A stretch of 64,000 nt of DNA, taken from NCBI GenBank assembly GCA_019347895.1, contig JAHWKM010000001.1:21924-85923 (forward strand). The letters are read 5' to 3'. The first letter of the stretch is position 1, and the number at the start of each line of letters is the position of its first letter. This DNA comes from Candidatus Parcubacteria bacterium (GTDB lineage Bacteria > Patescibacteriota > Saccharimonadia > Saccharimonadales > 2-12-FULL-41-12). Positions 56,722 to 64,000 of the stretch are shown here, one piece after another. The notes below the pieces were generated by a model that was given only the letters and a program-made list of their open reading frames with translations, had not been told where the DNA came from and searched no databases. The translations under genes and the position numbers were made by a program.

Positions 56722-57672
56722 ATGAATTTAACCGATAAACAAGAATACGAATTACTGGCCGCAATCTCTGCAAGAGGCCAAATACCAGATAAATTTTATT
56801 ACCTTGACGGCGGCGAGAAATTATGGGACGCAGTGTATAAAGAGAGAAGCAGCCCTGGCGGAATGGCGAATTCTGAAATGAAGCTACTACTAAACCATCT
56901 CCCTAGCTTCATTCATCCCTTTAAAGGCAATAAGGGTATCAATTTGATTGATCTCGGATGCGGAAATGGCCAGCCTGCAATACCAATAATACAAGAATTA
57001 CAAAAACAAAATTTTGACGTTATATATATAGCAGTGGATATTAGTGAAGCAATGATGGATCTAGCAGAAAAAAATATTCTAAAACGCTTCCCGCAATTGA
57101 AAATCAAAAAGCTACTTATTGATTTTGAAAAGGAAAGCCTTACAGATGAATTAATTAATTTGAAATTAGCGTATAAATATCCTAGTCTGCTAATTAATCT
57201 CGGAAACACGCTCGGTAATTATGTAAATGTTTCCAGCGTGCTTACAAATTTTTTGGAATCAATGACTCTTGATGATTATTTGCTTGTTGGCAATGGAATC
57301 GCCAATGAATATAACCCGCAAAAAATTATGTCTTCTTATACAACCGCCGCCCACGACACTGTTACAAGACCCGCTAAACTGCTCGGTCTGTATAAGGATA
57401 AAGATATATTCCGATGGGTGTGGAATGATGAAAAAAAGCAGGTCGAAGCGAGAATTCAACTTCAAGGCGAAAGGCAGATTAATTTAGCTGGCCAGAAGAT
57501 AAATCTGGAAAAAAATGAAGAATTTATGGTTATGAAATCGGTTAAATACTCAGAAGCGACATTGACAAAACTTTTATCAGAAGTTGGTTTTCGCACGGAG
57601 TTACTAACCACAACTAAAGAGCGCAACGATATCTTAGCCTTAGTCCAACCAACTCGTTATACTGCTATATAA
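56722..57672 (+). CDS. SAM-dependent methyltransferase of the EgtD-like (histidine N-alpha-methyltransferase, Methyltransf_33) family.
   Basis: LIDLGCGNGQ is SAM motif I. YIAVDIS and LINLGNTLGNY parallel the EgtD motifs (ELGSGSS, VPIDIS, LGSSIGN). 316 aa. Confidence 0.5.
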   Translation: MNLTDKQEYELLAAISARGQIPDKFYYLDGGEKLWDAVYKERSSPGGMANSEMKLLLNHLPSFIHPFKGNKGINLIDLGCGNGQPAIPIIQELQKQNFDVIYIAVDISEAMMDLAEKNILKRFPQLKIKKLLIDFEKESLTDELINLKLAYKYPSLLINLGNTLGNYVNVSSVLTNFLESMTLDDYLLVGNGIANEYNPQKIMSSYTTAAHDTVTRPAKLLGLYKDKDIFRWVWNDEKKQVEARIQLQGERQINLAGQKINLEKNEEFMVMKSVKYSEATLTKLLSEVGFRTELLTTTKERNDILALVQPTRYTAI

Positions 57673-57684
57673 TAGCGAAATTTG

Positions 57685-59427
57685 TTAATAATCTTCAAGG
57701 GTTGAGGTATCGCCGATGTCTTGGCCAAGTTCCTTTGATTTTAGGATTCGGCGCATGATTTTACCTGAGCGGGTTTTTGGCAATTTGTCGATGAATTCTA
57801 TTTCACGCGGATAAGCGTGGCCGGCCAAATGCTTTTTAACGTGGGCTTGGATTTTAGTCTTTAATTCCTCTGTCTGTTTGACCCCGGGTTGCGTTACAAC
57901 AAAAGCCTTTATAATTTGGCCGCGGATTTCATCGGGCTTGCCGATAACCCCGGCTTCAATAACGTCCGGATAGGTAACAAGTGCGCTCTCGACCTCAAAA
58001 GGACCGACGCGCTCGCCGGCGGTGTTGATGACGTCATCAGACCTGCCGACAAACCAGAAATAGCCGTCTTTATCTTTTATGCCTCGGTCGCCAGAGATAT
58101 ACCATTCGCCCCTGAAGTATGAATCGAATTTTTCCTGATTGTTCCAGATAGTTTTCATGAGCGACGATACAGTTGAAGCTTTTAAAGCCAGATCGCCTTC
58201 TTCGCCAGCCGGCAGTTCGCGGCCACCGTCATCAATCACCGCGGCATAAACACCGGGCAGGGGCTTACCCATAGACCCGGGCTTGATTTCTATGCCGGGA
58301 TAATTAGTGATGCTGATGGCGCCAAGCTCGGTTTGCCACCAGGTATCATGGAACGGCAGGCCGAAAGCGTCCATGCCCCACCAGATAGCCTCGGGATTAA
58401 GCGGCTCGCCAACGCTTGCCAGATGGCGCAGGGAAGAAAGGTCAAAGTCTTTGGGCTGGGTAGGCGCGCCCATCAGCATGCGAATAGCTGTCGGGGCTGA
58501 GTACCAAACCGTGACCTTGTAATCTTGCAAAACTTTATACCAAGCCTCCGGACTGAACCGGCCGTCAAAAATTACCGATGTGCCGCCAAGCCCCCAAATC
58601 CCCAAAACACCGTAAACCACGCCGGTAACCCAGCCTAAATCAGCCGTACACCAATAAATGTCGTCGTCTTGTATGTCTAGCGAATACTTGGTGCTGACCA
58701 TGGCCTGCAGTACATCCAAGTGGCCATGCACCACGCCCTTGGGCTTGCCGGTCGTGCCGGAGGTGTAGAGCATGTAAGAATAATCGTCCTTGCTCATTTT
58801 TGCTGGTTCAAATTCAGCGCTGGCATTAGCCATTTCTTTATCATATGAAACTATGTGTTCGCCCGCCGGCAATTCAGCAGAACCTCTCTCCACTAAAATT
58901 ACCTTCTGCAGCTTTGGCAAATCTTTTTTGATATTTTCTATCCTCGGGTACAGATCAGCGTTAGTAATAATTACGCTTGCTTGAGAATCCTGCAAACGGT
59001 CAAGCAAAGCCATTTCTTGAAAAGCGGCGAACATAGTTCCGGCAATCCCGCCCATTTTTAAAATGCCGAGGAAGGCTACGTAGCGCTCAGGGATAGAAGG
59101 CAAGAATATAAAAACCCGGTCGCCCTTTTTAACATCTTGACCGGTTAAAACATTGGCAAATTGACTGGTTAATTTTTTCATGTCGGCGAAAGTGTAGTCC
59201 TCTTTAGTGCCGTCATCGCCGTTGTAGATAAGGGCTTTCTTATCCTTTTTATCACCTTCGGCGTGCCGGTCAATGCAGTTATAGGCAATGTTCAATGTAC
59301 CGTCCGGGAAGAAATCGACCAGCTCGCCAGCCGCTTTATCCCACGAAAATTCTTGATAGGCTTGTTGGTAATTGGGTAGATTTGGGGTTTTGCGCGGCTT
59401 GCTTTGAATGATCTTTACGTCGGCCAC
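57685..59427 (-). CDS. acsA: AMP-forming acetyl-CoA synthetase family enzyme (short Acs-like).
   Basis: NIAYNCIDRH is the Acs N-terminal signature. YTSGTTGKPKGV is the AMP-binding P-loop. C-terminal PKTRSGKIMRR. 580 aa. Confidence 0.75.
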   Translation of the reverse strand: MADVKIIQSKPRKTPNLPNYQQAYQEFSWDKAAGELVDFFPDGTLNIAYNCIDRHAEGDKKDKKALIYNGDDGTKEDYTFADMKKLTSQFANVLTGQDVKKGDRVFIFLPSIPERYVAFLGILKMGGIAGTMFAAFQEMALLDRLQDSQASVIITNADLYPRIENIKKDLPKLQKVILVERGSAELPAGEHIVSYDKEMANASAEFEPAKMSKDDYSYMLYTSGTTGKPKGVVHGHLDVLQAMVSTKYSLDIQDDDIYWCTADLGWVTGVVYGVLGIWGLGGTSVIFDGRFSPEAWYKVLQDYKVTVWYSAPTAIRMLMGAPTQPKDFDLSSLRHLASVGEPLNPEAIWWGMDAFGLPFHDTWWQTELGAISITNYPGIEIKPGSMGKPLPGVYAAVIDDGGRELPAGEEGDLALKASTVSSLMKTIWNNQEKFDSYFRGEWYISGDRGIKDKDGYFWFVGRSDDVINTAGERVGPFEVESALVTYPDVIEAGVIGKPDEIRGQIIKAFVVTQPGVKQTEELKTKIQAHVKKHLAGHAYPREIEFIDKLPKTRSGKIMRRILKSKELGQDIGDTSTLEDY

Positions 59428-62204
59428 TAACTTTTTTCTCCTTTGGTCCGGAATTCTTTATCAACATCCATAATACATTGTGTAGTAACCATATGCAGGC
59501 CGTAATCTTCGGCAAATTCTTCCGCCTCGATACTGTTAGCCCCCTCTGCAAGCCAAACTGTTTTAATACCGCCCCGCTCTACAATTTCATCAAGATGTGG
59601 AATAACTTCTTCTGGTTTTCTAAAAATATCAACTATATCAATATGTATGGAATCAGGAACATCGAGGAGCGATTTGTAGGCTTTTTCACCTAAAGTCTCA
59701 GTAATTTTAGGGTTTATAGGTATTATTTTGTAGCCCATTTCTTGGAAATACCTGGCTACTCTATGGCTATGGCGTTCAGGCTTGTCGCTTAAACCGATAA
59801 AAGCGATAGTTCGAGCGTTTTTAAGCAAGTTAATCTGTAAATTATCAGAGGAATAAGTAACCACCGGTTCTTTAGCTGACCATTGCCAATTTTCTATATA
59901 CTCGGGGTCGGCACCGTTTTGAATAATATATTCTCTATGGGCTTCAAGTGCTTTTTTATACTTGGCTTGAAGTTTAGTACACTTGTTTTCGTCCATTACT
60001 TGCTGGGAATAGGCTAGACCTAATATTTCACAAGCCAGGTTATAGCGGTCGGTTTTATTTCTGACCTGCATATCAAAAGGGGTAGTAGTATCACCCTCTT
60101 CAACGTAGCCGTTAATAAAAAAGCGCTTTGGATTTTTGGTGTTAAACAAAATACTTTTCATTGCTTCAGGATAGCCGTGGAAGTTTACAATTACCGGCCG
60201 GTCGACGGTAAAGTATTTTTCGGCATTAGGAATTTGCGGGTGGTACTCGTCGCCACAGCTGCAAGCCGCTTGAAGCCTTAGTATATTAACAAATCGAATC
60301 TTTACATTTGGTGCATCAGCTTTAACCAACTCTATGGCAGCCATGGCCTCCTTAGTAACATAGTCGCCAACTCCAACTACTACTACGTCTGGGTTTTTAT
60401 CGCTAGCAAAATCCCAGACTGAAAGACCATCCTCAAGAGCTTCCTTTGACTGTTTATATGAAAGCCAGCGCGGTTCGGGTGTTTTGCCGGCAGATATTAC
60501 GTTCATGCGGTTTTTTGAGCCAAAAGATTCTTCTAAAATAGCTAGCATGCTATTGTCATCGACTGGAAAGTAGATTTTTATGAAATCGCTATGCTTTTCA
60601 AGCAAACCAGAAATGAAGCCAGGATTTTGATGGCTGTATCCATCGCGCTCCTGACGCCATACAGTCGAAGTCAAAAGATAGTTAAACGAAGGCAAATCTT
60701 GACGCCAGGGCATTTTAATAACCTGTTTGAGGAACTTTTGATAGGTGTGTGCCATACTGCCAAAAATTTGAGCAAAAGCTTCATAGGTTGTAAGCGCTAC
60801 ATGTCTGCCGGTTAAAACATAGCCCTGTGCCAGCCCGTGCATATTATGCTCGGAAAGCATTTCCATTACCTTGCCATCGCGGGTTATGTCTTTGTCATCT
60901 TCATCGTGTGGCCAAACCCAGCCGCGGCCGGTTACATCAAAAACGTTATCTAGCCGGTTGGAATAGGTTTCGTCAGGAGACATTAACCGAAAATTATTCT
61001 TTTCTTTGTTCATTTTGAATATCTCTTTTAGGTAAAACCCTGCCATTCGCATAGCGTTAGACTGGATTTCGCCCGGACTTTCTACAGGTTTCTCCAGTTT
61101 GCTGGCAGCGGGCAAAGATAGCGGCTTAAAGTTTTTTCCAAATACGTGAGGATTATTTCCTATTAAATATTCTTCGTCCGGGATAATATCAAGAATGTCT
61201 TTTGAAAAGCCGTTTTTCTTATCAAACAATTCTTCAAAATGGTAAGACTTAAGCCAGCCTTCTAGGGCTTCGAGTTCTTCGTAATCGCTTCGGACGGTTG
61301 GCATTACAACTTGATGGGCTAGAATAGTGCCTTCGATCTTCTGTCCCCTGAGTTCTTTGATTGTAGTCATTCCTTTGGGGGTACGCATAATAATTACCGG
61401 GTAGCGCGGTTTGAATGGCGGGTTATTACTTCGGGCGTCTTCTTGAATTTGCCGGATTCTTTGATAGGCGGATTCCAGCGTGGCTTGCATTTGCTCGTCC
61501 AGGTTATCTCCTTCAATAAAAAAGGCCTCATAACCATAGCCGCTAAATAAACTTTCTAACTCTTCATTATTCATCCTACCAAAAACAGTCGGGCCGGAAA
61601 TTTTATAACCATTGACATGGATTATAGGCAGCACGACGCCATTAACAGCCGGATCAACTAGCTTATTGATGTGCCAAGCGGCAGCAATGGCTCCTGTTTC
61701 GGCCTCTCCATCCCCGATTAAGCAGGCAGCGATCAAATCCGGATTATCTAAGACAGCACCGTAAGCGGAAGCTAGGGAATAGCCAAGCTCGCCGCCTTCT
61801 AAAATTGCTCCAGGTACTTCGGGGTTACAATGGCTTGAGAAGCCAAGAGGCCAGGTATAATTCTTTGATATATAGGTGATGCCTTCTGAATCTCTAGTCG
61901 CATTATCATAGTATTTTCCCAGGGTACCTTCTATTAAAAGATTTGCTTGAAGGGCGGACTGTCCATGGCCTGGCCCCATGATAAATATGGTTGATTGCCG
62001 GTGTTTCTTAACTAAATAATTGAGGTGAGCATAAACGAAATTAACACCAGGGCAAGTTCCCCAGTGGCCGACCAGTTTTGGCTTCACGTCAGTTGATTTA
62101 AGCGGCCGCTCGAGCAGGAAATTATCCTGCAGGTAAATTTGCGCGACAGACAGGTAATTAGCCGCCCGGACGTACTTTTGAATTTTATCGATGTCTTGTT
62201 GCAA
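59427..62204 (-). CDS. xfp: Xylulose-5-phosphate/fructose-6-phosphate phosphoketolase fused to a C-terminal CoA-binding domain (PF13380-like).
   Basis: The N-terminus LVGHWGTCPGVNF is the XFP_N signature. The TPP-binding GDGE region is present. 925 aa, against about 800 for canonical Xfp. The extra C-terminal 125 aa (IAFIGLSDKPERHSHRVARYFQEMGYKIIPINPK...IDIVDIFRKPEEV...) match the CoA_binding_2 pattern. Confidence 0.8.
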   Translation of the reverse strand: MQQDIDKIQKYVRAANYLSVAQIYLQDNFLLERPLKSTDVKPKLVGHWGTCPGVNFVYAHLNYLVKKHRQSTIFIMGPGHGQSALQANLLIEGTLGKYYDNATRDSEGITYISKNYTWPLGFSSHCNPEVPGAILEGGELGYSLASAYGAVLDNPDLIAACLIGDGEAETGAIAAAWHINKLVDPAVNGVVLPIIHVNGYKISGPTVFGRMNNEELESLFSGYGYEAFFIEGDNLDEQMQATLESAYQRIRQIQEDARSNNPPFKPRYPVIIMRTPKGMTTIKELRGQKIEGTILAHQVVMPTVRSDYEELEALEGWLKSYHFEELFDKKNGFSKDILDIIPDEEYLIGNNPHVFGKNFKPLSLPAASKLEKPVESPGEIQSNAMRMAGFYLKEIFKMNKEKNNFRLMSPDETYSNRLDNVFDVTGRGWVWPHDEDDKDITRDGKVMEMLSEHNMHGLAQGYVLTGRHVALTTYEAFAQIFGSMAHTYQKFLKQVIKMPWRQDLPSFNYLLTSTVWRQERDGYSHQNPGFISGLLEKHSDFIKIYFPVDDNSMLAILEESFGSKNRMNVISAGKTPEPRWLSYKQSKEALEDGLSVWDFASDKNPDVVVVGVGDYVTKEAMAAIELVKADAPNVKIRFVNILRLQAACSCGDEYHPQIPNAEKYFTVDRPVIVNFHGYPEAMKSILFNTKNPKRFFINGYVEEGDTTTPFDMQVRNKTDRYNLACEILGLAYSQQVMDENKCTKLQAKYKKALEAHREYIIQNGADPEYIENWQWSAKEPVVTYSSDNLQINLLKNARTIAFIGLSDKPERHSHRVARYFQEMGYKIIPINPKITETLGEKAYKSLLDVPDSIHIDIVDIFRKPEEVIPHLDEIVERGGIKTVWLAEGANSIEAEEFAEDYGLHMVTTQCIMDVDKEFRTKGEKS

Positions 62205-62313
62205 CCTCAGTGTCCCTTATTTAAGTTAAATAACAGTCTAGTCTATTATAAGGTCAGATAGGAGAAATGGCGAGTCAAAATGACTAAATGCCGGAGGATA
62301 TATCAAGCAAGGT

Positions 62314-63201
62314 ATGAACATCCATCTAAGGCCAGGAAAATACGTAGTAGCTGTCTCTGGCGGAGTAGATTCCGTCGTCCTGCTGCATTTGCTAACCGAA
62401 ATACGAAATACGAAATACGAAATACGACTTTTTGTGGCTCATTATGACCACGGCATCAGAAGCAATTCCCAAGATGACCGGTTATTTGTGGAAAATCTAG
62501 CGGCTGCGTACGGGTTGGCGTTTTTTTACGAAGAAGGAAATTTAGGCGCAAATGCCGGCGAGGCCGAAGCCCGCAAAGCCAGATATAAATTTTTGCGAAG
62601 GATAAAACAGCAAACGGATGCCAATGCGATTATTACGGCGCACCACCAGGACGATGTTATCGAAACAGCCATAATAAACCTGCTGCGCGGAACAACGGCC
62701 AAAGGCTTGGCGGCTTTAAAATCCACCGAAGAAATCGCTCGGCCGTTGCTAGAATTTACAAAACCACAAATTATCGCTTACGCTAAAAGCCGGGGGCTTA
62801 ACTGGCGTGAAGACGAAACCAATTTAGATCCGAAGTACCTGAGAAATTATGTGCGCTACAACCTAACCCCTAAATTAACCAAACAGCAAAAACACAAATT
62901 ACTGCAGCTTATTAGATCATCCTCCGAGACTTTGGGCGAAATTTCAGAAATCATAAAAGAGCTGCTGCCGAAGAAAGGCGAGATTGACCGCCAGGGTTTT
63001 ATAAATTTGCCCCATAGCGTGGCCTGCGAATTGGTCGCCAGCTGGCTAAAAGCCGGGAACCTGGCCGTCGATAAAAAAACAGTCGAGAGGCTGGTGGTCG
63101 GGCTTAAGGCCGCCAAGAATGGGACAAGATTGGATATTAATAAAAACTATCAATTTTTGATTGAAAATGGCATTATTAAAATCCAGCTTTCCTCGAAATA
63201 A
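62314..63201 (+). CDS. tilS: tRNA(Ile)-lysidine synthetase.
   Basis: The N-terminal PP-loop VAVSGGVDSVVLLHLL (SGGxDS). The size and the context with a CAU tRNA-Ile2 candidate are consistent. Confidence 0.8.
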   Translation: MNIHLRPGKYVVAVSGGVDSVVLLHLLTEIRNTKYEIRLFVAHYDHGIRSNSQDDRLFVENLAAAYGLAFFYEEGNLGANAGEAEARKARYKFLRRIKQQTDANAIITAHHQDDVIETAIINLLRGTTAKGLAALKSTEEIARPLLEFTKPQIIAYAKSRGLNWREDETNLDPKYLRNYVRYNLTPKLTKQQKHKLLQLIRSSSETLGEISEIIKELLPKKGEIDRQGFINLPHSVACELVASWLKAGNLAVDKKTVERLVVGLKAAKNGTRLDINKNYQFLIENGIIKIQLSSK

Positions 63202-63249
63202 GGAAAACTTTAGAAATACTTTTATGAAAGGTATAATAGTCACTGTTAA

Positions 63250-64000
63250 ATGGATAAAGAGCCTTTTAAGCTAAAAAGCGGCGGTCCGAAAGGACCCAAG
63301 AATAAGAAGCAAAATTATAAAAATATTATTTTTATAATACTGATTGCTCTTTTTGGTTTGCTCATATTTTCTTCTTTCGGTCAAAAAGAAGAGCTTGATG
63401 AAGTTGCCTTCTCCGAGGTTATTACCCGAGCTAATAAAGGCGACATAAAGAAGATCGAGATAGCCGGCAATGAACTAAAAATTACCCCGGAAAAAAAAGA
63501 GGAAGCTACCCAGAAATCCCGCAAAGAGGCTGGTTCGAGTATTTATGAACAAGGGTTGGAAAAGGACGCCTCGGTAGTGGTTGATGTTCAGGAGGAATCT
63601 AGGACCGGCCAATTTTGGCAGCAGTTGGGCATGGCTTTGCTGCCAATCCTTCTCATCGGCGCGCTGCTTTTTTACATGCTTCGGAGCGCTCAAGGACAAG
63701 GCAACCAGGCGCTTAGCTTTGGTAAAAGCCGGGCCAGACTATACGGCAACGAAAAAGAGAAGGTTAACTTCAAAGACATCGCCGGTAGCGACGAGGCAAA
63801 ACAAGATTTAGAAGAAATTGTAGAGTTTTTAAAGTTTCCCAAAAAATTTGAGTCAGTCGGGGCCCGGATTCCAAAAGGAGTGTTGCTGGTCGGACCTCCG
63901 GGTACCGGTAAAACTATGCTGGCGCGAGCCACAGCCGGCGAAGCTAACGCGCCGTTCTTTTCTATCAGCGGCTCGGAGTTTGTGGAAATGTTTGTGGGCG
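63250..64000 (+). CDS. ftsH: ATP-dependent zinc metalloprotease FtsH (N-terminal part). The gene runs off the end of the window.
   Basis: The ATG is at 63250. Two TM helices flank a periplasmic region. The AAA region begins [25 protein letters not shown]. The frame is open to base 64000. The gene is missing from the ORF track because it has no stop in the window. Confidence 0.85.
   Translation, partial: MDKEPFKLKSGGPKGPKNKKQNYKNIIFIILIALFGLLIFSSFGQKEELDEVAFSEVITRANKGDIKKIEIAGNELKITPEKKEEATQKSRKEAGSSIYEQGLEKDASVVVDVQEESRTGQFWQQLGMALLPILLIGALLFYMLRSAQGQGNQALSFGKSRARLYGNEKEKVNFKDIAGSDEAKQDLEEIVEFLKFPKKFESVGARIPKGVLLVGPPGTGKTMLARATAGEANAPFFSISGSEFVEMFVG

Noticed and set aside
56387-56773. 128-aa minus-strand ORF.
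   Set aside because: It spans the intergenic repeat element and the divergent promoter region between the Nudix and methyltransferase genes. No support was found.
59336-59551. 71-aa ORF at the acs/xfp junction.
   Set aside because: It overlaps the ends of two strong CDSs on the same strand in another frame.
1-64000. CRISPR arrays and rRNA genes.
   Set aside because: No regularly spaced direct repeats with unique spacers were seen, and there are no 16S or 23S-like conserved stretches in the window.

Overview
The window reads as a compact, roughly 45-50% GC bacterial chromosome segment. Tight gene packing, many 4-bp ATGA start/stop overlaps, abundant small membrane or hypothetical proteins, phosphoketolase and an archaeal-type AspRS are typical of CPR/Patescibacteria (Saccharibacteria-like) genomes; this taxonomic guess is inference. 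Recognisable housekeeping genes are nadD, a CPA2 antiporter, an S8 subtilase, aspS, tsaC, mazG-like, a murC-like Mur ligase, HIT, dus, nnrD, hsp20, nhaA, a DEAD-box helicase, DacA-like PBP, a DsbA-like protein, a Crp/Fnr regulator, a PAS histidine kinase, an RRM protein, Nudix, an Acs-like ligase, a phosphoketolase fused to a CoA-binding domain, tilS and a 3'-truncated ftsH. Three CAU-anticodon tRNAs lie on the minus strand, best read as tRNA-Ile2 (lysidine type), initiator tRNA-fMet and elongator tRNA-Met. The most notable structure is an AT-rich insertion of about 5.5 kb (47578..53073) between the histidine kinase and tRNA-fMet. It is bounded and subdivided by three direct repeats of the 3' end of tRNA-fMet, each adjoining a roughly 140-bp conserved element, which is the signature of tandem integrative elements at a tRNA attB. 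Its cargo is a translationally coupled four-gene operon: a Panacea (DUF4065, SocA/PanA-like) domain protein, a two-TM membrane protein, a small PD-(D/E)xK nuclease-like protein and a 439-aa protein of unknown family. This is a candidate undescribed toxin-antitoxin or defence-like module. Other points are a duplicated promoter-plus-leader module upstream of two tRNAs, an orphan strong promoter driving a roughly 360-nt non-coding region with a terminator, a family of intergenic repeats, and a 7-nt tandem repeat inside tilS. No rRNA genes or CRISPR arrays were seen.
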